A stretch of 64,000 nt of DNA from Camelus dromedarius (taxonomy: Eukaryota), in assembly GCF_036321535.1 (NCBI RefSeq), contig NC_087436.1, forward strand, positions 118,732,001-118,796,000, in the 5' to 3' direction. This document shows, one piece after another, positions 28,218-41,178 of the stretch. Position 1 is the first letter of the stretch. Each line of letters opens with the position of its first letter. A program made the position numbers and the translations under genes. Under the pieces are notes generated by a model. That model worked only from the letters and a program-made list of their open reading frames with translations. It was not told where the DNA came from and ran no database searches.

Positions 28218-28334
28218 GGGGAGATGTAATTAAGTTTGTTTGTTTGTTTGTTTTTAATGGAGGTACCGGGGATTGAACCCAGGACCTTGTGCATGCTAGG
28301 CACGTGCTCTACCACTGAGCTATATCCACCCTCC
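28218..28334 (-). mobile_element. tRNA-derived SINE (camelid vic-1 type), copy 1
   Basis: A box tagctcagtgg, B box gggttcaatcccc, (aaac)n tail. Confidence 0.85.
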
Positions 28335-28361
28335 ACCTAAAAATATGGCCTTTAAATTCTC

Positions 28362-28509
28362 TCTTTTTTGGGTTTGTTGTTTTTTGGGGGGGGGGAGGCA
28401 TTAGGTTTATTTATTTAGTTTTTTTAATGGAAGTACTAGGGATTGAACCCGGGACCTCATGTATGCTAAGCATGTGCTCTACCACTGAGCTACACCCTAT
28501 ACCTTCCCC
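28362..28509 (-). mobile_element. tRNA-derived SINE (camelid vic-1 type), copy 2, in tandem with copy 1
   Basis: Same A/B boxes, aaataaac tail. Confidence 0.85.
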
Positions 28510-29592
28510 GACTTCCTGCTTTTTTCTTTTCTTAAAAAATCACTTGAGTCCCTTTCCCCATTTCTCTTAGCCTGTGGGTCACGGTGTTTTCCCGCGCGGC
28601 ATGGCCACACGCGGCGTTGCCCTTGGTCTTCAGGGTGTGCTCGCTGGCCCATCATACGTTCAGACTTAGACTGTAACCAGCACCTTCATGAGATCTGGAG
28701 CCTCAGGTGAGTAATGACTTTTTGGTTCAAATACACAAATGGTCTGCTTTCAGCTGGATTTGTGGAATGCAAAATCAACCCCTTCATTCACATTTAGTCA
28801 GCAAGTCTCGAAAACAAGGCCCAGGGCTGGGCATGAGCTAAATCAGGCCCCAGCTCAGGGCCCTGCGGGCCCTGTTCCTGAGACACCCGCTCACAGTCTA
28901 CACTCACGGGGCAGTAATAACAGCCGCCTGCCCTGCTGAGAGCACTTCACACGGACTAGTTCACTGAAATAAGCAGGTATCATTACCATCCCCAAGAGGA
29001 ATGTGAGGCCCAGAGAGATTAAGTCACTGGTCCAAGGCCACACAGCTAATAAGTGGGAGGACAGGGTTCTAAGCTAGGCTGCCTGGTCCCAGGGTCTGTG
29101 TTTTCAACCACTGCTACCCCAGCGGTGACTGCACTGCTGTGCTGCTGTCTGAAATGCTGCTCCCCTGACGCCCGCCTGGCTTCTATTTATCCTCAAAACT
29201 TGGCTCAGCTGGGCCCTCAGCTGGGAAGGGACCCCCACCCCCTCACCCCTCCACACTTTGTGCCCACTGACTGCAGACCCCAGCCACACTAAATGGTCAG
29301 GATCTGTTCCGTGTTTGGGCTCCCCACCCACCGTCGGCTGGGGCCACCTCAGGTGACTTCACTAGCAATGTGTGACCATAACTGAGATGGTTCAGTGACA
29401 GTGTCTTTGGATGCAAACACCCCATGCCTGTAGCCCTGTGCAAGATCTCGTTTGATGGTAACTGGCCATAAGTCCCTCCTTTTTTGCCCCCCACCTCTCC
29501 CCCACCCACCTCTTCCCTGCAAATGCCCCTTCCTGGATCTCCCTATAATGCTCATCATCATCACTGCAAATTCTCCATCTCCATCCTGCTGG

Positions 29593-29750
29593 GGCCCCGC
29601 CCCTATCTGCCAAGACCCTGCCCCTAACTGCCAGGTCCAGCCCTTACCTCCCTGGCCCCGCCCCTACCCGCCAGCTCCCACCCCTACCTCCACGGCCCCG
29701 CCCCTGCCCGCCAGGTCCCGCCCCTACCTCCACGGCCCCGCCTCTACCTG
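29593..29750. repeat. GC-rich 20-bp-period minisatellite abutting a JAKMIP1 donor
   Basis: cccctacctccacggccccg units alternating with cccct(g/a)cccgccag(g/c)tccc units. Confidence 0.8.
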
Positions 29751-29951
29751 CTGGGCCTGCTGCAGCATCTCCATGCGCTCCCGCAGGATCTGGCTGTCGA
29801 ACTCCCGGCTTTGCCGCAGGATCTGCCTGCGCACCTTCTCCACAGCCGCCTGCAGGTCCTCCCGCTGGCCCTCGCTCAGCGCCTCGCTGGCCCTCCGCCC
29901 CGGCTCCTGCTGCAGCGCGTTGTACAGAGTGGCCTCCAGCTCCTGGATTTT
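29748..29951 (-). CDS. JAKMIP1: JAKMIP1 exon KIQELEATLYNALQQEPG...ERMEMLQQAQQ
   Basis: actcag| and |gtagag, 204 nt, coiled-coil sequence. Confidence 0.95.
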
Positions 29952-31627
29952 CTGAGTGGCCCAAATCACACAGACAGTGGGAGGTCACAGAGGGGTGAAC
30001 AGTAACCACTGGGACCCTGCAGCCGAGGGAAGCCAAGGGGGCGTGGGGTCTCGGGCAGGGAGGGGAGGTGTGTGGGGCCAGAAGTCACGGGGGTGGTCGT
30101 AGGGGGTTGAGGGAGCCCCTTTCAGCCCCGTGCACACAGCTTTGAGTCCATGTCCTACATCATTCACTCAAGATGCCCTACTCTGTAACAGAGGGGGTCA
30201 GGGCAACAAGTAGTCGTGACCGCCCCTAAAATGTGATTCAGCTGGTTTTGATTTTATCCTTGCCCCGACCTGAGGAACAAGTCTCCCCTTTTATCATGAA
30301 TATAGTGGGGAAATGTCTCAAACTGCAGGCACTTGGCGTTCAGCTATCTGGGTAGGAATGCCATTTCAACCTGAAGGAAACAGGCAGTGTTCTCCTTGCT
30401 GCCTCCCCCGGGAAAGTAAGACCTCCCTGGTCAGCAAAGCACATGAGAGATCAGTGGCCACGGGAGGGACCCTTCTGAAAGTTCAGAGTTTTGATCATGA
30501 GAGGAAGTTATTTCTTTTCAACTTTATGACAAGACACTTCAGCATAGTGACCCGATAGGAATATTTAGGGACAAAAAGAGAATCCCCTCCTTCTCTGCCT
30601 CCCTAACTCCCACCCGCAACCCTTGCTGGAATGGCTCCTTCTCTTCCCAGGATGCTGGAGACCAAGCACCACTTTTGATGGAAGTTGCCAGGAAGAGGCA
30701 GGAGGCAGCTGGAGGCAGGGGGCCAACGCGGGCAGCCCTCTGCGGCTGTGGCCGCCTGCTCTTTGCAGCCTCCTCTGCCTTTGTCCAGCTGTGCTAACTC
30801 CCCAGAGGAATTCCGGGTCCGGCAGGCCGGGATCAACTTTGGCCAGCAGGCACCGGCTTCCCCTCTCCTGACCCAGTGGTCGCCCCTGGGAAACACAGCC
30901 AGGGGTCCACGTGGAACTCCCAGCCCTGGGGATTCAAGCCAAGAGCCTGGACACGAAGGGCCAAGGGTGATGGTGAAGGGGGCCAGCCTTGACTCCCAGA
31001 ATCTCCCACCCATGCTAAGCCCAGCCACCTGCTCTCTGTCTGCATAGAAGTGGGGGTTGGAAGGTGACTTTTGGTTATTGACTTAGGTACAAACCCACTC
31101 TGTAAAATGGTTGTAACTGCAAACGATCTGGGCAAAGGTTTGCCCCAGGCTTTGCACAAAGAGCAGCAAAGAACTTCAAAGCCTCTCTGCTGTGGGGATG
31201 TCCTAGAAATGCCCCCTCTCCCTTTATGTCAGTCCCCCTCCAAGGGGGAACTTCCCTCAGTGCCAGAACCACTCAGCCTTGAGCGTCCTCAAAGCCGTGT
31301 GACCTATGAGCCCGAACGTGATCCCTCAGCTTAGTCCTCAGGAAGCCGGGAGCCAGCTCCGTGCCCAGGCGCGACGTTCCACCGGACCTCACAGCAAGCC
31401 ACTTCTGTTCTGATCACCCATCACCCGACCTCTGCTCACTGCTTTGCCTCTGTGTTCCTTTGTGACTGTCTCTTTTTGCTCTTTATGGTAAAACTTGCTT
31501 TGGTTTTTAAGCATAAATAAATATTAATAAGAAAAAAGTTTCTTTTCATTCATCTGGAATGATTACTAGAACTGAATCAGCATGTCTAAAGAAGCCATCC
31601 AGCTAAGGAAATATTTTTGAAAACTCA

Positions 31628-31891
<264 letters not shown>

Positions 31892-32607
31892 TCAGATCAG
31901 CGCGAGAGCCCGTCACCCCGCAGCCCTTCCGAGCCGACCCACTCACACTTGCTAGAGAGTGACTGTCGCACTGAAGGGGGGACCCGCCAGGTGCGCAGGT
32001 GAGAAGGGATGCCAGGTCTGCCCTGCTCTCCCTGCACGCATCGCCCTCACCAGCCCGGGAAACTTCATCCAGCCTGTCCTGACTCAGCCCAGCTTCCCTT
32101 CCTCTTGGGTGCCCGACTGCAGTGAAGGGACCCCTTCTGACTTGGTTCCCAAGCCCTGATTGCAGGAATCCTTCTCGATTCCTCTTGTCACATTCTGGGG
32201 GCCGCCTGAAGACCTTTTTCTCAATAGTTCTCAGATGCGCTCTTCCTCCCCAGAGCGGCACCCCCGTCCCGGTTAGCCTCCCTGCTGTACGCCTCCTTCC
32301 CTCGGCCTCCTGGCCACTCAGTCCCCGAAGGCATACTCTCCCCAGAATGCAGATCGCTTTCTATTACTGATTGGAGGGTTTCAGGGTTAGAGGTCAGCTG
32401 TTGCAGCCACTTGATTTTATGGAGGAGGAAACAGAAGGCCAGGGAGGACCAGTGCCTGGCCCTAGATGCCACAGTTCCCAAGTGACAGAGGAGGGACTAG
32501 AAACCCAGGCCTGGTGATGCAGTCCAAGGCTCTCTCCACACCACACGCTGCTTCTGAGACAGGCTGGGACCTGGGACCTGGGACCCGGGGCTGCAGTGCT
32601 CACACCA

Positions 32608-33019
32608 TGGAAGGAGCAACAAAACACAAATAAACTATAAAGGACTTAAAATAACCACGTGCCTGCGCAGTTGGGGCAAATCATGAACAAGACACAAAAA
32701 GACCAAAACCCAGCTGCCATTTCTGAGGTGTCAGGAGCAAAAGCAGGTCCTGCACAGCGATCCTTGCGCACAGGACCACCAAGGGGGTGGGCAGACCACC
32801 TCAGCCACCCCGCTGCCCTGACCCGTGGACCCGCCCCAACCTTCACCGCATTTAAGGGACCAGCTCGCCCCCTACTCAGGGAGCCAGCACGGGCCCCTGT
32901 TACTTGTTCTCGCTCCCTGGTGCTGCAGCATGAGCCCCAGTAAAGCCTTGCCTGGTTCATCATCTGGCCTCTTATCAATTTCTATCGATTAAGGAAGCCA
33001 AGAACCCCAGGCGGTAACA
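32608..33019 (+). mobile_element. Solo ERV LTR
   Basis: LTR-like layout: atttaagg TATA-like box, agtaaa polyA variant, ends ggtaaca. Confidence 0.6.
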
Positions 33020-33770
33020 CTTCCACACTTTGTGGTCCTTCCTTGCTCCATCACCTCTCATCTCTACTTAGAAAACTTGAATTGGTCTTCAAAGGCCTGG
33101 GAACCATCTCTTCTGGGAAGCCTTCTCTGACATCCCCAGGTCGGGTAAAACGGATCCCTGGACCCTGCTATAGGCTCACAGCCCCGGGGGAGAGTTGCCA
33201 GTGCTGTTTATCAGGGACCCGCACGTGCCAAGCCCTGCGCACAAACAGGCTGTGAGTCCAGCGTCTCACCCCTGCAGCCCGGCGAGGCGGATTTGGGAAC
33301 CCACATCTAGCAATGAGGAAGTTAAGATCCAGGGTGTCGCTCCCCAACTCCCATGGCCAGTAAGGGGCACAGAGAAGACGGGAGCCCCGTCCAGGCATCT
33401 CCAAAACCCCCGGGCCAAGTGCCTCCGTCTCATCGGCGTGTCCCTCCCAGTGTTCCCATGCCGCATCGTGGCTGGTGGCTGTGAGCACAGGTCCCCACCG
33501 GCTTGCGGACTAGACCCGCAAGGCAGGGACCCGCTCTTCACGACTGAACCCTTAATTCTGGCATAGTGTCCGGGATAGCAGGGGCTCCAAAAATATGTAT
33601 CAAGTGAATGACTGAATGAATGGATAATAATTACACAGAACAGCAAGTAAGACAAAGCAAAATTTAGAAATGCACGCAAATCAATACGAAATATGCACAG
33701 AGCCTCCCCCGGAAGTGAATTCTCTGAACTCTGCCCAACCCCCTCCCCCCCGGGGTGTCACATCCTTTAC

Positions 33771-33839
33771 CTTCTCCTTCTCCAGGTCTAGCATCTTCTG
33801 GGTCAGGGCTGCCTCCGTCCCCTCTATCTGCTTCAGCCA
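33771..33839 (-). CDS. JAKMIP1: JAKMIP1 exon WLKQIEGTEAALTQKMLDLEKEK
   Basis: cttccag| and |gtaaag, 69 nt. Confidence 0.95.
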
Positions 33840-36800
33840 CTGGAAGACAGCGGGGACAGAGGGCGCAGCTTGTGAGCAGCAGTGCCCGTGGGGCCAAGCG
33901 TGCAGGGGCCCTCCTCCAGGAGCCTCCTGGCCCGGGGAGGGTCCCGCCGCATCCCAGGGTGGTCCTTGAAATGGAATTTCATAGTCTGGACAGATGTTTT
34001 GGTTCTGACAGATGTTTGCACGGGGATCATGGGTACACACGCATGTGTATGTACACCCAGGTGAATCTGTATGTACGGAGGCTGCGGGTGTGTGTGGTGG
34101 GGATGCCTGATTCAGTGTGTAGGGGACATGAGTGTGGAAGGTAGGTTTGTGCCTCTGGGGGCCCCACAGCCGGGCAGGCGAGCCTCCCTGCTTCGATTCT
34201 GCCCAGCACTGTGCTGGTGGCTTCATGCCTGGGACCTCATCTGGTCGCCCTCACCACCACCCCCCGGAGGAGGCAGCGTCACCCCATTTTGTAGGTGAAG
34301 AACGACAGCGGAGTTAAGTCACTTGCCCAAGGTCACACAGGTGGGAAGTGGGGATTCCAGACCCAGCCCACAAGACTGCACCCCTGCAGCCCCCTGGGGG
34401 TGTCTGAGCAGCCCAGTGCACTCTGGGGCACATGCATGAGGGGAGGTCCGGCCATGCAGTGGGTGATGATGGCCTGAGAGCCCCCAGGCATGCTGAGTCC
34501 AGGGCAGGAGGGTACTGATTGCATGTGCGTGGGCCCCTGCCGGGGGCGGGTCTGGCTGCCTGTTCTCAGGTTTGGGCAGGAGGCAGGCAGCTGTTTCTCA
34601 GGGTGTGGGCACGTAGGTGTCTTTACGAGGGGCCCACCTGAGACATGTGCCTGGGTTACGCCCTGTGGGGAATGTTTTAGGGGTGTCCGGGGATATCAGG
34701 TTCAACAACATACATAAATGTGCACGTTCAAACTTCTCGTTGCTAAAGACAACAGACGACCTGACTTCCCTGCTGTGGGGCCTCCCTGCCACCAGCCTTC
34801 CTGATGCCCCAGCCCCCTCGCCTGCCACGTGCTCACCCCCTTCCTCTTCCTGTGTCTCCCTCTTCCCCCACCACCCGGGACTCTCGGCCCTTGGCTCTCG
34901 GAGCCCCTGTCCTTGGCCTTCCCCTCTCCTCCACACTCCCCTAGGGGGCCCACCCTCCCCTATGCTCCCTCCCTCTCTGAACTGTCTCTGAAATGACCTC
35001 TGCAGCCCAGATCTCCCCCCGAACCCTGATGCCACAAGAGCCCTGAGCGAGGGCTCACTGGCTTCCCTCTGTTGGGAAGAAGCCCATCTCAACTTGACCA
35101 TGACTCCTCCCCCTTCACTTCCCAAATGTGGATTCTATCTCCTCCCATTTTCAAAAACCCACCCTCCGCACTCCATGGCCATCACCTAGCGCAGGCCCCC
35201 TCTCAGTCTCCAGGCTCACATCTGACCCCCACATCCCTCCTTGCCCACCAGCCCGTGTGTTCTCTTAAAAACACACATCTAACTGTGGAAACTCCCTGTT
35301 CCTGCTTAAAGCCCCCGAGGAGACCTCATCATTCCTGACCACAGCTGGGCCACCAGCTAAGCCTTCTTTCACCTCAGGGCCTTCGCACGTGCTGCTCTCT
35401 CTGCTCGGAACATCACCACCTCTCCCATCCCCAGCCTTAGCCCCAGGCCTTTACTAAGCTAACAGCTACTTAGCCTTTGGGCCTGAGTTAGCTGTCCCCT
35501 CCTCCTGGAAGCCCACACTGCTTCCTGAGTCCATGGGGTCAGGTGACCTCCATGGATCCCCATGTCTACTTGTTCCTGTCGCAGAACTCACCTGACAGAT
35601 GCTATTGTCTGTTTCTTTCATCCCACTATGTGGGACGTGTTCTGTTAAATGTCCTCACCCAGCATAGGGAGGGCCTGGCATGAAGTGAGCGCCTACTAGA
35701 CCTTTGCTGAAGGGGAGAGGATGTGGAGGTCTGTGGGGTGTGTGCTGACTCCACAGAGGGAACAAGACCTGATAAAGCTACGACCGTAGAGGCTCCCACT
35801 AAGGGCGTGGCCCTCAAGAGCGGCCAGAGCCAGTCACCAAAGCAGCGTGTCCTTGGACATCGCTGGGAGGGCGTGCAGGGTCTTAGAAATAGCAAGCGTA
35901 TTTTTTGACAAGAAATGAAGACATTTTCATTTTTACTGCCCTAGTGCAAGCAGTCATAAAGTGAATAAAATAAAACAAAAAAAATCCAGTTTTGAATCAT
36001 CATAAGTGGCTCTTAGAACCAGTGTCTTTTGTAGAACACGGTGTCCAGTTTTTCCTTATTATTTAAAAAAAAAGATTTGCTATGCATATCATGCATGTAA
36101 AGGAAAAACGCGACAAGTCCTCGTCAGCTAGCGGGAGAGTGAAATGAGGGTGGAAACTGCGGGGCCTCCGGGCATGTGAGGTCACGGACTCTGCATCAGA
36201 GTCCAGCCAGACTTACAGGCCTCACTCCAGGGTGAGAATCTGAATACTCACGGCTGGGCCACCCTTCAGGAGGGAGGGAGGTGGGGACAGTGCTCCTGCC
36301 TCCCTGCAAGCCCTCAGGGGAGAAGTGAGTCAGCCCTTGGGGCAGGGGGAGGAGGACATTCATGGGAAGCGCGGCCGTGGGACCCCTGGCCTGGCCGCAC
36401 CAGCCCCAGGTACAGGGCCCTGATCCCAGAGCTGGGGGCGGGGGCACATCTCTCCCCTGAGACCCAAGTCTCCTTTAGAGAAGGGTCCCAAGGCCTTGAT
36501 TCCAGGCCAGCCATCAGAAAGCTTGCCCTGTGCCTAAGCCACGTTCTCTAATCTGTTGATACCAGTGAGAGCGGGGAGTTTTAAAAACTCCCATCTTTCT
36601 GATTGATCTTGAACTCGAGGGAGAAGAGGCCTGGCTTGCAATCCCCCGTAAACCCTCCGATGTCCTGTTTTCAAGCCTCTCCCGACAGCTTGTGCGCCGT
36701 GTGCTCTCTGAGCTTGGACATCACTAACCAGACACGGGTCTAGCGGGCGCTGAGACCAGACAGCGTGTTTGCCCGAACCTTCCAGACAGAACAGGGCTTC

Positions 36801-37061
36801 CCGGGTGGTGATGGGAGGAAGGCAAGATGCCACTGGCAGCAAGATCATCCAGGAACAAAACACCACGTGACCCGCTCACTAGTCTGAGTCACATTCATTC
36901 ACAGGCTACGAAAGGGGCTTTGTGCTTCCGAACAGAAAGCTGAAGCTGACCTCAGTTTGGTCCGACGCCAGTGTGGACAGCAACTTTTAAATGAGGTCTC
37001 CTTGGGGGAGGGGGCTGACTGAGGACGTTGCTGAGAGCTTTTCTTCAGCACTCATCATTCT

Positions 37062-37172
37062 AAGGTGACCAACGAGGCCCTGTTTGCCTGGGGCTGTCCC
37101 CTTTTCGGCAATGAAATCCCCACATCCTGGGAAACCCCTGTGTCCCGGGCAACCTGGACAGTTAGACACTCT
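37062..37172. mobile_element. Second, more degenerate MER94-like element
   Basis: Similar to 25854-25965 (aggtgaccaac..gtttgcctgggg..gggcaacctggacagtt). Confidence 0.55.
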
Positions 37173-38649
37173 CACGGTCCCCTCACTGCTCCCAGTGGGT
37201 CCTGCTGACCCAGTTTTCTTTTTGGGGTGCATTCTTAGCACCCAGCTCTCTCCAGGGGGGAGATACAGCACCTCCCAAACACTGGACCTCCGTTCACAGA
37301 CACGTGGCAGAGCTAGTGTCCCTGAGAAAATGAGCAAACACTGGTCTAAGTCCAGTCCCCACGGAGTGGACTGGGCCCCTCTCACCTGGCACAGAGTCAG
37401 GGCCTCTAAATGCCATCACCCTTGCAGGATGTTGGGGGTGGCTGGCAGGCGAGGGTGGCTGGCACAACTCGCAGCATTTAGGGCACAGAGCGTGGTGCCA
37501 GGCAAAGCAGCTTGGCGGGGCTCTGCGGTCAGCGGCAGATGGGCGGCAGCTGGCAGGAGTTGGTGTAGGTGGGCGAGGGGGGAGACAGGGCCAAAGCAGG
37601 TAGCAGCCATGTGCCAGGCAGGCCCCGTGTCCTCAGTGTACAAGGGAGATGTGCCTCTAATCTTGCACGATGGTTGAGAAGGGGAGCCCTGGGGTGGGGC
37701 CCAAGGCTGTGGGTCTGGGTCACTTGCTGTTTGCTGGGTGGCAGACGAGCGAATTGGGAAGGCACAGGGTGGGAGAACTTGGTGCCTGGAGGGGCTGGGA
37801 ACTCCCTACAGTCTGCCGCCCTCCAGGAGGCTCTGGGGGTTGGAGAGAGGGAGACCCCAGCGCCCCGCCCCAAGTCACTGGTGGTGCCTGCTCTGCTCAC
37901 CACCCACGAGCACTGATCAGACACATCTGGGAGTCCCGCCTGCCCCAGGTGCTTAGCAGCAGTACTCAGTTCCACTTAAAAATGCCATTTCCTGGGGTCC
38001 CGATTCTAGCCCCGCAGGGCTCACAGCTCTCCATTTCGGGGCGCAGGGACTTCGAGGGGGTCTAGACTGGGAGGGGCTTCTGGAGGATAAGGAGGGAACC
38101 CTGGGTCCAACATGGCCACATCCTCCGGGGTGGACCGGGCACTGGGCTCTCAGAGGCTCATTCTCAGTGAATGTCGGAGTGAACGCTGAATAAACTGAAA
38201 GCCTTTGCTGGACACGCTACGTGACACCCCATCCCCACCGGGAGGCTACAGGCACATTCGGCTCTGTCAGTGAGAGGGATGTTTACAGGACGCACACCAC
38301 ATGCCTAACACCTGCAGTCACCAGCGTCTGAGGAGCTGCCAGCCAGCCAGGTGTGACATCATCATCCCCGCCCCCCGCCCCCCAACGCTGTTCACCTGAG
38401 GACGCAGACTCAGCCAGGTGACAGTGCTGTGGGAGTCGCCACGACCACCTGTGTGACCTCAGCAAGGCTTCGCTGTAAGTCTGTTACCAACATTTAATGC
38501 CTTGTACGTGACTGGGGAGGACGGACAGGTGCCTGGGGAAGAATACTTACATTCTAAATGTCCTTCCAAAGATTCTGGAAGGAACCCTGATTAAGATTGT
38601 TATGACCTCACCATTATAAAAATAACATTTTAAAGTTTAACTCTTGTGC

Positions 38650-39520
38650 TTTAAAAGAGAAAGATCTGTATTAAAAAGTTGTGTATGTCTAAAATATCCT
38701 AAATTAATGTCAAAGGCAAACCAGGAATGTATTTTTAATAAATACAGCAAAAGTTACTATCTTTAGGATGTAAGGCACGCAGGGAAGTCAGTGAGAAAAA
38801 CCATAGTCATAAGAAATACGTATTAAATAAGTGAATAGATGACTGCATGGCTGAATTAATGCATGAATGAATAACAAACAAACTCGATGGAAAACGGTCC
38901 AAAGAAATGTAATTACAACTCACAAGGAAGAAGAAAATGGATGATACACACAAAAACTTCATCGCTAGTGCTCAGATAAATGAAAACATGATGTCACATA
39001 ATCTTTGCCTATCACATCGGCAGAGTTCTCAGTGGTGATAAGCCACGTTGAACGAGAAGCCAGCAGCGGTAACACTCAGGTAGCGGGGACGTTGGCACCA
39101 CTTTTCTGGAAACCATTTGACAGCATCAAAGCTCTGAAAAACTCTTACCCGTCGGCCCAGTGGTTCCACGCCTAGAATCTATCCTGTGGAAGTGCCTTAA
39201 AATGTGGGGAGTAACTGACGGGTAAAGATGTTCATCACTGCACGATGCTGAGTAGGAAAACTGATGTTGGAAATGCCCTCAGTATCTGACAGCGGAAGAA
39301 TCATTAACTGAGGGTAGAGCTGTGGGTGGAAGGTGCAGGGCCACCGAATCCCGTGCTGGGAGCTTACTAAGCAGGATTCAAAACTCAAGTCAAGTATGAT
39401 TTCAACTAAGTTTTGAAAAAGGGTGTGGGAAAAAAGCCGGAAGGAAATACACCAACTGTCACAGAAGGGTTTCCTCGGGGGGCTGGGTGGGGGTGGTTTA
39501 TTTCCTTCTGTGGTCTCTGT
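38650..39520 (+). mobile_element. Old L1 (L1M/L1ME-like) 3' fragment
   Basis: AT-rich; ttggcaccacttttctggaaa, ccacgcctagaatctatcct, aagatgttcatcactgca. Confidence 0.55.
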
Positions 39521-39700
39521 TTTCTACCATCAGCGGGAGTGACTTTCGATCAGAAAACGAAAAGGCGTGCACGTGCGCATGCAGACGCAGACGGACCAGA
39601 AGGCATGCTTCCAGGACAGCGAGACGCCAATGTACAGTTTCTTGTATGGTGCCGGGAAGCTTGGACAAGGTGTACGGACAGAAATGCCGCCGGGCTCTAC

Positions 39701-39766
39701 CTTTTCACACAGGGCAAGCACAGTTCCAGCCTGGATTATTGCAACCTGCTCTTCATTTCTCAAATT
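39701..39766 (-). CDS. JAKMIP1: JAKMIP1 exon NLRNEEQVAIIQAGTVLALCEK
   Basis: gttttag| and |gtagag, 66 nt. Confidence 0.95.
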
Positions 39767-40312
39767 CTAAAACACAAAAATGGGCAAGGGCGTTTGACAG
39801 GGATCCCACATCACGTGCAGACAGTCAGCCCTACACGCCTCGGAGAGCTGCTCTCCGGACGGCCTCCCCGGGGTCAGCCCCACTCACTGGTGGGCCGGCT
39901 GTGACACGTCTGAGGACCCGCCCTCGCCCTCTGGTTGGGGACGTCTCACACGGTGGCGCGGAGCCTTTTAGAAACAGGGCCTCCCTCAAGTCAATCTTTT
40001 AAGAAGGCAAAAGTGTCCCTTTCTGATTTCAGAAACCTCGAGTGACCCCGTGGCTCTCTGGGGATCCATCTTTGCGCGCTTCCCCCGTCATCACTCACAG
40101 GCTATCCGGATGCCCTAAGTTCAGAATCCCACTTCTGCCGAACGTGGACCCAGCCACCCAACCCAGGAACATGGCCATACAAAAGCCTTACATTGTACTT
40201 AGTAGATCTCTTAAATTAGGAAGAAATTAAAACAAAACGAAACAAAAGCCACACAGAGTACACCCGGCTCAAAACAAGGACACGAAACCAGAAACCGATC
40301 GCTCATAGTTAC

Positions 40313-40366
40313 CCCATTATCGCCAAGGATATCTAATTTCTTCATAAGTTCAGAAATATTCACATC
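40313..40366 (-). CDS. JAKMIP1: JAKMIP1 exon DVNISELMKKLDILGDNG
   Basis: tttccag| and |gtaact, 54 nt. Confidence 0.95.
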
Positions 40367-41076
40367 CTGGAAAAGATGGCCAACGTTCATGTTGTGTGAG
40401 CTACAAAGACCATCCACACCAACCTCTAGGGCCATGGTCCTCACTCCTGGATAAAACACCACTCCCTTTCTTGTCTCTTAGGACCTAAGGCTGGGCCGAG
40501 TGTTACTCTTAGTTCCTTCCCGGAGGGCAGGGCGGGCAGGCTGGTAACTGATACATATGGACTGAGTTTTATCCAGCACAAACACGGCTTTCTGGAAAGG
40601 CTCATGGAATCCCATGGGTCAGAAGGCCTCTCTGTGCCCACGGGCCTAGGAGGACCCCAGGGACACAGCAAAGACTCAGCTGTTAGAACCACCACAGCTC
40701 CCACCTCCAGAACACTCACCGCGCTTCGGGCACTGTACTGAGTGCTTCACATTCATGATCTAAGTTAGTGGTGTGGGTGTTGCCACTTAGAACGCCCAGA
40801 CAAAGAGACTGAGGCTCAGAGTGGCTACGGGCCAGAGCTCAGAAGTGGCCGGGCTGGGGTGTGCACTCAAGGCTGAACAGGGGTACAAGCAGAGTGACAT
40901 CTGGTGACCCACTAGAGTAATGAACTCTGACTTTCAAAATACGGTGGGGACGGGGGCATCTCGGTAAAAATCAATCCTGTCCCTGGCACCAGGACACCAT
41001 CCCCTTCACAGCTGAGCCTGGCCCTGGAGGGGGCCCTTGGCCGTGGTGTAGCGGGGGCACCCCCCAAGCACGCTAC

Positions 41077-41178
41077 CTTCACTCCTTCCTGGTGACAGAA
41101 CAGCTGGAGGGCGCTGCTGTTGTTCTCGGGGAAGGTGCTGATTTGGAGGTTAAATGCTGGCGACCTCCGCTCTCTCTC
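41077..41178 (-). CDS. JAKMIP1: JAKMIP1 long-isoform exon ERERRSPAFNLQISTFPENNSSALQLFCHQEGVK
   Basis: ttttccccag| and |gtagcg, 102 nt. Confidence 0.95.

Noticed and set aside
28255..28500. tRNA genes
   Set aside because: A/B boxes are present, but the copies are diverged, carry simple-repeat tails and (at 49.3 kb) a TSD, so they are SINEs.
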